From Magallana gigas (lineage: Eukaryota): a stretch of DNA of 64,000 bases. Of the stretch, positions 12,865 to 23,423 are shown piece by piece (the stretch's first letter is position 1; each line of letters starts with the position of its first letter). The DNA lies in assembly GCF_963853765.1 (NCBI RefSeq), contig NC_088860.1:30938001-31002000 (forward strand). Reading direction: 5' to 3'. The position numbers were made by a program, and so were the translations under genes. The notes beneath the pieces are model-generated. The model made no database searches. It had not been told where the DNA came from and saw nothing but the letters and a program-made list of their open reading frames with translations.

Positions 12865-15800
12865 ACTTACACTAATAAATATCTCAAATTTTTAAATGAT
12901 ACTTTCATGTCATGCACACTGATATTAAGAGGAATTTATGAATATTAATATCATTTACAACAAGTATTTTGGATATTAAAGGTGCTCGTGTTATTTTTCT
13001 TTACAATGAAAACAATGAGGCTGATTGAAAACGAGATTTTATTTATGTTATTGTTTGAAGTGGATTTTTTTGTTGCATTTTGTATGCTTAAATTTTGCTT
13101 TTTCATTGCATGTCTTCCAGAAAGAACAAGTGGTAAGAATTTAATGCTCAATTCATTTGCTTATTGTTTATATATGTTACATGTAAAACAGTCGATGGCG
13201 ATATTGTAAATTTTTAATAGTAGTGCATGATTACATTCACTGTAAAGGTTACAATATGTAGCATACAATAGGTATAGCAATTGTTAATGACCTAACATTG
13301 TCTTTATAGTACATGTACATAACAATTAACAGTTTGAAAACTTCAAGCTTTCAGAACTCATGGATTTTTTTTTTTACATCATCTTTTGAACATTATAAAC
13401 TTTACTTTAAGCCTTAGAGCCAAATGCATTGCAGACTGAACATGGGATCTGAACATAGAAATTATAATAATACAAAATCAAATATGACATCAAAATTGTA
13501 CATAGTACTGTTGATAATGATAGGATACTGATAATCCATTTTATATGTGACTTTTACGAAGCCTGTCAAATGAAGTTGCAGCAAAGTGTTAAATAGGACA
13601 GCAATATCAGAAGTTATCCATACAGATTAAAGTATATTCAACAAGTAAAATTTAAAACTGTTATAAATGAAAGTTTTAGGCCTAGAGATTTTTGTCAGTA
13701 CTGACAAGATGATAAGATTATGATTGATAAACTCAGATTGGTTTATAAAAAAAATGATAAATGTCAGCTACAAGATTTAGCTATTGTACACTAGTGTTCA
13801 CCAGGAAAGGAAAGGTATAGGTATTATCTATATAATAATAATGAGTAAGTAAAAGACAGATGGTCACATTGCCTACAAACTGTTCACAGGAAATAATCAT
13901 AGGATTAAATCAAATTCATGATAGGACACCGGGTTGAGAAAGGAAGGGGAGATTAACAGATTTTTAATCTGAAAGGACTCATATTTGTGTGTCAAGCAAT
14001 AAATGCAGTGATGGCTGGCAGTGAAACCTACTTTTGATTTAGTTACCAGTAACTGTGAATATTGGAAGCATTGGACCTATATACTGAAATATACTTTTCA
14101 GTGATATTTGATACTTAAATGTATATTAAATACAAAAAGTTGTATTTTTGAGCTCTTTGTTTATAAAAGCTGTTAAAGATAAGTATAAATTCGTCTGCAC
14201 TGCACCTCTTTCAAATCAGCTACTGCAGAATTAATGGATGCACAGATATTATTTATATCTGAGTTTATATTGTGCCAGCTGGTAAATTTTTCTATTTGAA
14301 TTTCTTACACCAAGTGCACATAAGACAATAACTGCACATATGGGGACAATTGCTCCCTATATTTACAAATAAGCCGAAGTATATATTATGTGGAATATTT
14401 TATGAATGTTTATTGATGTATGTCTTATATATGTCTCTTTGATTGAACTAATGGCATGATAGGGACGCATGTATTTCAATTCAGGTACCTTTTCGTTTTT
14501 CTGACTCTTAATTACTAACTTATTTTTTATTCATTCTCTCTCTCTCTTTCTCTCTCTCTCTGTATTTTTTAAAATATTTTATTTTACATTGTAAGAATTA
14601 ATAATACATATAGGCTTAAAGATGTAATTTGGAAGGACATTATTCAGAAATTTTTAAGTAAATGCTAGCTTGAGATTTCATTTTCCAAAAAATCAATTCA
14701 AAACCAGTTGGGCAAGAACAACATTGTAAGAATGATCCCCCAGAGAGGCACTAGCTGTTTTAACCATGTTTGGTCCACTCCTATAGATATCATTATTTGT
14801 TTTCATTCTCAATATCATGTAGACACAGAAACATGTTTTCAAGATATATTTAGAAATATTAAACTGTGAAATTATTGTACATTGATTTTAATTTTAATGA
14901 CTGGGGTATGATACTGCGAACAAGGATTTCCCCCTAAATTTTCACACTCTTTTTGTAAGCTCTTTGTTCTTCCTGAAAACAAGCAATTTTAGCATTGTAT
15001 GTCCTTATAACACCTAGCAAAAACAGATGCAAGTATTTATTTATTTTGTTTCCTTAAACGATTAATCACAGAATTATTGGCCAGGGACTGTTATCCTTAA
15101 AAGGTATTATGATTCAGATTAAAAAAAAAAAAAAAACAAAAAAAACTATGGGCAACTATTTGTTGGGAAATGGCTGGAAAAAAAATCAACTTTTTAGTAT
15201 AAAAGAATTGAGCAGTTGATCTTGACGATGGCATGGCTATGTAAACAACAGGGGCTTCTATAGGTTGTATTTGACAACACTGCAGTGAACAAGTGCTGCT
15301 TATAACTCGGGTCAGCATGGGGAAATTTAAGCTTCATTGGCTGCTTGTTACTGAACATCTAATTTGCTCAAAGATCATATAACGTCTTTCAGTTCATTTG
15401 TCCTTTATAAAATGATTATGTCCATTTTTTTCTGCTGATGAAATTATGAGCATAATATGTATTTTGTAACTAACTCTCAGACTTGTGAAATTGGTATCAA
15501 ATCACTATATTTACTCTAACTTTCCTTTAAAGAATGCTGGTTTAAATTTTGATCCTCCTAATTTTTGGTTCGGAATTGTTATTTGGATACTAATTAATTT
15601 CATTGTGATCGAGCATGAATTGCTTTGTGCAGAACTGAGTTATTTGTTGTGCTAAACAGAGAATGGGGACACATTGCACTATGAGGGAATCAGTCATGGA
15701 TTCACAGCTCTGGTTGAGGGGATTCCATACATTCAAAAGTGTTTGCCCAAGTAGTTTATACCCTCTCCTCTTTTTAAAACTTTGGGCAGTATGTTCTAAG

Positions 15801-17838
15801 CATAAGTATGTCTAAATGTCATAAACTGACGAGAGCAGATACCTCAGATATCTCAATCATTCTCCAATGTTTATTTTCAATTAACATTTAAGGAAGACAT
15901 TGTGTTTTTCACCGCATTGAGGTCTAGTTATAACCCAGGGTCTGGTACATATATTCTCAAAAAAAGATACTCTGTCATGGTCATTTGAGTAATAGGAGAC
16001 GTCCATTAAAACATTTTACCATGTCCTTTTAAACTTTTACAGTATATGGCCCAGAAATAGGACTGGGTCATTTTGGTTTCTCCAATATAATTTCCTTTCA
16101 TTAATTACCTATTCATACACTCTGTATATTGTGGTTTTACTAATATCTATTTAGCAACAGTTTTTATTGAATTTGTTGTTAAGTCAATCAATAAAATTAA
16201 GTGTCCATCTTGTTAAGACATTTTTATCTGATAACAGAACATAGTTTTTGGACCATTGTCAACAAATTTTTATATCATTGAAATGAAACTTCATTGAATC
16301 CATGCTTGATGCCCACAAGCTGCATTAAAATTAATGTAACACTCTCCCAATTTTTTTTTTTTAAGGGCTACAACTCCATAGGATCTTTATAATGATGCAG
16401 GCGCTGGAGTGATCTACTCCTGCAACAATTTTGTTTCAAATCGTATATAAATGACAATAGAATTTGCATTTCTTAACTCAACTCAAAAATTGTAGTTGTG
16501 TAGGGCATAAATTAATCCAAAAATATCGAGTATAGTCCATATATTGATTATTTTTTCTTGTATGTCAACAACACAAGTTGAATTTGTCTGCCATGTTTAA
16601 TGACCGTGATTGGTTTTATTTTGGGACAGCCAATGAGAATTCAGAATCAGAGCTGAAGCTGAATATAGTGAAGTCTAAAATAACGGTCGTTTCAGAAAGT
16701 CAGCAGCATCAAAGAAATAATTTTGCACCATTGCCGAGACCCTATGGAATTGTAGCCACTCCAGAAAACATCATTAAAAAAATCGGAGAGAGCTACATTA
16801 TTGCAGCTAGAGTCCCAGCATTATTAAAGAAACCACAGTATACAGATGCATAAAAAAGTCTTGTTGGTCAACAAATTAGCCATTAATAGATTTGCCATAG
16901 ACTTGACATATGATAACTTTGGCCTTGAATTAACATATACAATGTAGTAATGAAGAAATCCAATTATTTTATATTTTAAAGTTGAGCATTTTTCTATATC
17001 ACTATTCAGAGCTCTTCTACAAAAGGAGGTAAATATGGCATAAAAATGACCATGACTATCCAGCCCTCTTAAAGTTGTGGAAAAAATAGGATTAAAATTC
17101 TTTCATTTGTTCATTATTTATTTAACCTTAAAAGACAATATTGTAGATCGCCCACTCCATGAATGCATGATTTGTCCTCTCATTAAAGTTGGATTTGAGT
17201 ATTGCTTTTGGTGATAATTTTGGGCAGGCTACATTTTCATATGGTATCAGGAAAGAGTTCATTGTCAAGTTGTGCTTGCAAAGTATTTTTTTTTCTTACA
17301 TCGTGGATGGATTATAGTTATCAAAGTAATGTTTGGGCAAGTTGAATTAATTATATTGTATCTGATTTCAGAAAGCTAAGGGAATAATAATGGTACATAC
17401 ACACAAATAAAACGAAATAGAATAATCAGACATGTTTAACATCTACTCAACATTGACAAAAGTATTTGTGCACAGAAATGTTTTCATCAATTTAAGAAAT
17501 ATCCTCTCAAGAAAACAGAAGCTATTTTATTCAGAATAGGTTCAAGAATTTTAAAGTTCAAACAATAATGTCACACTTTGTGTCAGAAAAAGGTTTTTTT
17601 TTTAGAGGGATTTTTTGTTTAGGACTGTATCAATTATAGTTTGTCATCTACAAGAGTATGGTTGCTCAAGTGAGTGTTATGGCCCCTGGGCCTCATGCTA
17701 TTACAGATTTTTTCCTTTATTGCTGGTAAAGAGAATTAAAATCACTTAATTCTTAATTAGGTTCCTATATTAAGTAACATCACAATTATTTATGTTTTAT
17801 TCATAAATCTGGTTGTAGTTTTCCTCCACTTTATATCA

Positions 17839-17869
<31 letters not shown>

Positions 17870-20800
17870 TTTTCAAAAACCTTCCAAAAACTATTAGGCC
17901 AGAAAAGCTGTAACTTGTGTGGAATCATCCTCAGGTAGTGTAGATTTAAGTTTGTTCAAATCATGTTCCCCAGGGGTAGGGTGTGGCCACAATGGGGGAT
18001 GGATTTTTACATAAGAATGTATAGAGAAAATCTTTAAAAATCTTCTTCTCAAAAACTATTCGGCCAGATAAGCTTAAACTTGTTTTAAAGCATCCTTAGG
18101 TAGTGTAGATTCAAGTTTGTTAAAATCATGGTCCCCAGGGGTAGGGTAGGGCCACAATGGGTTGATGAATTTTTACATAAGAATATATAGAGAAAATCTT
18201 TTAAAATCTTCTTCTCACAAACTATTAGGCAAGAAAGCTCAAAATGGAGTGGAAGCATTCTCAGATAGTGAAGATTCAAGTTTGTTAAAATCATGGTCCC
18301 ATGGTTAGGCGGGGTCACAATGGGGGATGCATTTTTACATAGGAATGTATAGAGAATGAATAGAGAAAATCTTTTAAAATCCTCTTCTCAAAAACTGTTT
18401 GGTCAGATAAGTTTAAACTTGTGTGAAAGCATCCTCAGGTAGTGTAGATTCAAGTTTGTTCAAATCATGGTCCCCGGGGGTAGGGCAGGGCCACAATGGG
18501 GGGGATGAATTATTCTGGGAAAGTTTTTAGTCCAAAAAAGCAGTAACTTGTGTCAAAGCATGGGTAGTGCAGATTAAAATCTGATCAAACCATGATTCCC
18601 TAGAAAAAAGTGGGACAACAAAGGGGGGGGGGGGGTATAGGAATAGAGAAAAATCTTCTTACAGCTACAACTACAAAAGGGGCTTGATATTTACCATAAA
18701 AATATGTGGATAGAAATCAGCAGATCTACTGTTCCTAGTTGTAAAGATATTTTGATTTTGATGCTGTAATGCTAATTTGATCAGAGTTAGGCAATTGTTG
18801 CTCAGGTGAGCGATGTGGCCCCTTGGCCTCTTGTTTCAAATTTTAAGGGAGATCTACATCAGACCCTGTAACGTGTATAAAACATGTTTTTTCTGAAGAA
18901 TATTTTAAATTGATATAATTATTATGTTTGAAGAAATTAAGTGAGTTGAGTTGATATAAGTGATGGATATAGAATAATTTGGACCATGGTACATGTAGGT
19001 CTAAATATATATAGTCACTTTAATATGTTGCAAAGAAATTCACATGCAATTTGTTCTTGAATTATGAGTTTACTCTCTTCTGAGATTTATTTGGAGTTTG
19101 CAGGCATCTACAACATTCCATGGCTATTACTTGCACTGGAAACAAGAGTAGGTTTCTAATTTGGCCCAGCACATGTGACGCTTTAGGTCCAAGTCTGTAG
19201 ACATAGTTTTGTTCTGTTATGAAATTGAATAATAGTAATGAAAGTCAAAGGGATTCTTGTTTCCTTGCCCCGTTGTCAAGATTTAAATTGGTAGTCTAGG
19301 TCTGGCTCCTTAAAATGTAATCCACTCCCAGAATACCTTGTTGAACTGTTTCCTGGTTGGCATCTATTGGTCACTTTTGATACTTGGCAACTATGGTTTA
19401 CATTTATGATTCTCGTCCACTGACATTTGAGCATGTCACCCTTTTGACTTTTGTTGAAACACCTTGTGTCCTTTGTATCAACCTAAACAGAGTTATTTAT
19501 TCATGTGGAAGAAGTTTTTCAAGTAAAGGTATTTCCCAACTTGTTTAGTATTTTTTATTTTTTCATTTTTTTTTCTCCATTTAAACTTGCACGAAATTTA
19601 AACCAGCACCAAGAATGACAAATGTTTATTTTGCCAATTACCCACTCCTCCCCATGTAATCCTTCTCAAAAAAGTCTGAGAGCTTGGTTCACAACTGAGC
19701 AGTTTGCAATTTAGATCCCACATAGCACTATGTTCTGATTCCAGACTTCTGCCTTAATGTCAAGTCATAATGAACCGACGAAAGGCATAGAACCACCCAA
19801 AGCTACAGTCCCCGTTATATATCCATATATACCTCCCGACATTGACGATCTATCTTACCATCCCAAAGCACCACAGTCTTCTTCCAATTCCTCTCACAAC
19901 TCTCCCGAGATGAAAGAAATCCCTGTGGTCACCAGAATTTACTCTGATCTGGAGTCAATTTATGCAGAGGAACCAGTATCTGTGTACGGTGTAGACAATA
20001 TGCCAGCTGCTAAGATTCTGGACGTTCCTCTAGTTGTGAATACATGGGCAGCAGCAAATGAAATCAAAAAGGAAATCAAAAACCCGGTTAAGGAATCTGT
20101 TAGTGAACCCGATTGTGTTCATAATGTCGAAGTAGACGATTCTAGTGATCTTTATTTCAATATAGAAACGTCGACAGAACCTGAGAGTTCTGTAGCAAAA
20201 GAGCAGGCTGAGAGCTGTGGTTGTTATGATAGTACGTGTACTAGTTGTAATGAGGCCCAAGACAAAGGCGGGGCAGAGGTGAGTGTCCTTGTGTTGTCAG
20301 AGTCACATTTAATATTGTGTGTTGACCTGCATATAAAAAAAAGTGCAACATGCAGTTAACAAGGTTTGAGAAAAAGTTCCTGAAGCAATCATAGGCAATT
20401 TTAATGTCTTTACATTCCTAAGTGCAAAGTTTGAGAATTATTTTTTGGGGGGGGGGGGGGGGGGGGGGCAGAGGTCTTCGAATATTTTCTGGTTTATAGT
20501 AAACAAGCAGCCATAAAATGTTAGGGAATAGGATTATTTCTTTTTGAAGCAACTGTGTATTGTTAAAGATTTGGTTTTCAAAGAGAAAATGTAACCATCC
20601 CAGATTTCATCGGAATTCATGGAGGTTTTCTTGTTTTATGATATTTAAACAAAATAATATTAAATACAACTTTGATAATAAAATTCAAAGAAGATAAAGA
20701 GAGAAAATAAATACGGTACATGTGTGTGCTGTCGAGAGAAGTAGAAAAAATTGCATTTGTTGCGCAGCTTTAAATTTCATGTACAGTCAGTCAGTCGAGG

Positions 20801-21865
20801 AACGAGATTATTACACACTCAAGTATTGCGTTTTTTATAATTTCAAATTGTAAGGATGTAAATATTTCTAAAAATCCAACATTTTAAAGGTGGATCAAAA
20901 TTAGAGTATAGAGCACAGTTTGCTTCTCTGGGGTCTTGCTTTAACGTTTACAATATGAAAATCCTAAAATTCAATTTCAAAATCTTTAGAGAGACAGACT
21001 TCATGCATCGTATATTCTGATGATGATGCGAAAGTATATTGTGGATCCAAAAGTAGTGGATTTGGAAACTACTAAAGATGTAGCATTTCAGATATTTGTA
21101 ATATTTGAAAGTTTAAAAAGTTTACTTAAACGTTTGAATTTCTGATGACTTACTTAGTTATACAGCATGTAATTTTTGTTTCACTGGATTTTGTTACCAT
21201 TTTCAATTTGGAGAACAAATTGAACTTGCAATTTCACTGTTTCGCATGTTATTTTGCTATAATTTGAATTCACTTTTTTTTTGGTCCAATAATTTAATAT
21301 TCTAGATTCTTGATCTACATATACTAACATACTCTCTTTTTAATTTAATCAACGGGAAGTATCATTGTCAAAAGGGGAAAAAGAATTTTCAAATGAGATA
21401 ATTGGTGTTAGTAAATTCATTTTTAATTTGATGCTAAATGCTTGAAAGGTTTAAAAGTCAATATATAAGGAGGGATTTTGGGTGTGGGCAAAATGCGTCA
21501 AAGATTTGTAAATTTTAGGGATATGGGTTACCCCTTGTCTATAATCCCACTCAGCAACTGATTCGCCCTTGGGTTTGTTGTAGGGTGGACTGATCGGGGA
21601 GTTAGCGTCACTGTCCCTCCAGACAGGGGCCACCTTTGGGGGGTCGCAGTCACACCTTAGCGAGCAGGAGCGCAAGCTGAACTGGGAGCGTGGACAGGTA
21701 GACTACCTGGGGGCTGACAAGTTCGAGAACATTAAGGAGAAGCTGGACAAGTCCATGAAGGGTCCGGCTACCAGCACCAAGACCTACACATCCAGTCTGT
21801 TCAGCACTAGCGTCCCGGTCTCTACCACCAGTTCGGCAAAGAAACCAGTCGCGCCAAAGAAGTGA
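341..21865 (+). CDS. GYG1: Glycogenin (GT8 self-glucosylating glycogen primer). Core exons 341-353, 2850-2994, 5550-5724, 7723-7885, 8781-8907, 10437-10617, 21584-21865 (361 aa); 539 aa if exon 19745-20278 is included
   Basis: Spliced translation [30 protein letters not shown]...TFTKLHCW...FLDADTLV...PGWPD-type [15 protein letters not shown]...GGDQGLLN...FYSYLPAF (acceptor Tyr)...[10 protein letters not shown] and C-terminal [23 protein letters not shown] (glycogen-synthase-binding motif). All introns GT-AG with consistent phase. Confidence 0.96.
2132..2306. mobile_element. MITE (Tc1/mariner/pogo type, TA target site)
   Basis: TIRs CAGTAAAACACG...CGTGTTTTACTG, TA on both sides. Confidence 0.85.
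4480..5410. mobile_element. Non-autonomous DNA transposon with CAG...CTG termini and an apparent 6-bp target duplication
   Basis: Left CAGAGTGCTTGAAATCTTT, right AAAGATTTCAAGAACTCTG; AATCTA directly flanks both ends; subterminal GTCATTTGGACTGACA repeated near both ends. Confidence 0.75.
8098..8532. mobile_element. MITE related to 2132-2306, opposite orientation
   Basis: TIRs CAGTAAAACTC...GAGTTTTACTG with TA flanks; its left end (CAGTAAAACTCATTTATAGCGAAGTCCTAGGGAC) matches the reverse complement of the right end of the 2132 copy. Confidence 0.8.
9772..10090 (+). mobile_element. Degenerate Helentron-associated (HINE/DINE-like) element fragment
   Basis: TTTTTATGGCTCC start, short (GTCN)n microsatellite at ~9829-9845, GAGGTCACAAGGTCA motif; ends eroded. 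Confidence 0.35.
11321..12185 (-). mobile_element. Internally deleted mariner-type transposon with transposase N-terminal remnants
   Basis: TIRs TACGAGGGTTGTCCAAAAAGTTCGTGGA / TCCACGAACTTTATGGACAACCCTCGTA. The minus strand at ~11620-11762 reads, across frameshifts, EQ*AIIKLC...GKSPIETK...KWHKRY, resembling the mariner HTH region. Confidence 0.85.
12604..12750 (+). CDS. Candidate alternative glycogenin exon (147 nt, phase 0-0)
   Basis: Long pyrimidine tract ending TCTTCTCTAAG, open frame EENKSIGY...[15 protein letters not shown], donor AAG/GTATAG. Confidence 0.4.
12804..12860. repeat. (CT)n microsatellite
   Basis: Perfect CT run of about 28 units. Confidence 0.95.
13121..13132 (+). CDS. Candidate 12-nt glycogenin microexon (KEQV)
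   Basis: TTTTGCTTTTTCATTGCATGTCTTCCAG / AAAGAACAAGTG / GTAAGA; phase 0-0 like the flanking exons. Confidence 0.55.
16578..16853 (+). CDS. Candidate alternative terminal exon of glycogenin (91 aa + stop)
   Basis: Phase-0 AG at 16576-16577 after a T-rich tract; open, protein-like frame ending ...[36 protein letters not shown]. The acceptor is imperfect. Confidence 0.3.
   Translation: MNLSAMFNDRDWFYFGTANENSESELKLNIVKSKITVVSESQQHQRNNFAPLPRPYGIVATPENIIKKIGESYIIAARVPALLKKPQYTDA
17839..18835 (+). mobile_element. Helentron-associated non-autonomous element carrying about 4 copies of a ~166-bp Cg170/HindIII-like satellite
   Basis: 5' TTTTAGCTCACCTGAGC, 3' inverted GCTCAGGTGAGC followed by hairpin GGCCCCTTGGCC and TTGTT; unit starts at ~17886, 18051, 18217, 18389. 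Confidence 0.88.
19745..20278 (+). CDS. 534-nt phase-symmetric glycogenin linker exon (P/S/E/D-rich, 178 aa)
   Basis: TTCTGATTCCAG acceptor, open frame [11 protein letters not shown]...DKGGAE, strong GAG/GTGAGT donor; lies in frame between the catalytic and GS-binding exons. Confidence 0.8.
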
Positions 21866-23202
21866 GCTGATTGGCCAGCAAAGGGTGTCGATTGTAGAGC
21901 GAAAGGAATCATGGTTATCTGGTGTTAAGTAAATAGGATATGCGATGTAGTTTAAGTGTTTTTATTAATGCATAAACGTCCAAAAGAATATTATATATTG
22001 CATTACTGTTGTACTTGATAAATTGTCAGCAAATTTTTGAGAGTGAATATTTTTCAAAAAATTGTTCTTGTTCAGAATGAAAGTACAAGTATAATCATAG
22101 TAATATTATTCAGTTTGTAATTTATTATGTAGCAGTTGATGTAGATCAAACGTTTTGAGTCGTGAACAGTGCTACCTCTATTTTTGGAAGTTTTAAAGTC
22201 ATGCTTGTGCATATTTTTGATGATATTGTAAACACACACACTTCATACAGACAACAGTTTTAGTATAAAACGACAATGACCGATTTTCCTGGTAAAGATT
22301 CTACCTGTAAGGAAAAAAATTTATCTTTTTACATTGTGTTATTGGATTAGGATAATAATGATTCCTTTGACATTAATGATGGTTGGATTTAGTGACCGAG
22401 TTGTTATCATGTGATGCGGTCGTTGGTGCATGATTAATTGACCAGTGGTGAATGAATGATTAGAGATCATCTTAAGCTTTAATTTTTCTTTATTAACTTG
22501 TTATATCTTTATTAATAATAATGTTATCGTATTTTATTACAGCATTTGTTGTATATATCATCTTAATGTAGGTGGCTTAAAGCAAATATTAACATGTTCT
22601 AAGCTTTATTGTTTTTCTTTGTGACTTCCCCTGCAACTGAGTGATTTGTTATGAAGCCATACATGTAGAAAACTCTGCTCTGTAACAATACACGGAAGCT
22701 AGCTTTTATTTTCTGTAAAAAAGCTCAGTTATTTGCATACCTCAGATTGACTTTTTTTTCTTTTTTCTTTTTTTTACCGGTAATTTATTTTCCCTGTATA
22801 GTTAATTCCAATTTCAAGGTTTAAGTCATTCAATTCTTTTTAGGAAAAATAATGGTTGTTTTTTTTACCAACTTCCTCCAACAGGCAGACACATAGTTTA
22901 TTCTTATTGAGTATTCATTCTTTACAGTATTTTGTACATGTATTACAATTTTGTTATTAGGATACAACCAATAGCTGAAAGTAAAAAAAATTGTGGGTTT
23001 ATTTGGAATTCTCTGCACTAGCTGAAACATATTCAGAATAGATCACATTCCATCCAGACTTTGTGATAATATTGTGCAATAGTCTCTATAAAGGGAGATA
23101 ACCCTTGTTTGTTGTGGCTGTGCCACTGTGTAACAGGTTTGGATGACGGTGGAAGATTGGCTCTTTATGGTATATATTGCATAGAAAACCCCCTCAAACA
23201 AA

Positions 23203-23423
23203 TACTGTAAATTCCTAATTAATCGCGAGGAATTAATATCCGCGTAAAATCGCGAGAAGCATCCTTCGCGGATTTTAAAATTTCGCCATTATTTTCTGAG
23301 AGTTGAAAACTATAAGAAATAAGGAGAAAAGTTCAACGTTCGCGATTTTATATTCTCGCGATTTGGTAGAAACCAGCGGGATCGCGGAATTAAGTACTCG
23401 CGTAATATAAGGAATTTACAGTA
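23203..23423. mobile_element. MITE (TACTGTAAATTCCT termini), CpG-rich copy
   Basis: TIRs TACTGTAAATTCCT...AGGAATTTACAGTA; a second copy lies at 48780-48998. Confidence 0.88.

Noticed and set aside
14278-17392. Further phase-0 micro-exon-like sites in glycogenin intron 6 (CAG/CTG/GTAAAT near 14280; 17372-17392)
   Set aside because: Weak acceptors or donors and no regulatory motif support; expected by chance in 11 kb of AT-rich intron.
18085-18318. Repetitive 77-aa ORF, and likewise the Tyr/Ile-rich ORF at 32256-32510
   Set aside because: Translations of satellite and low-complexity DNA.
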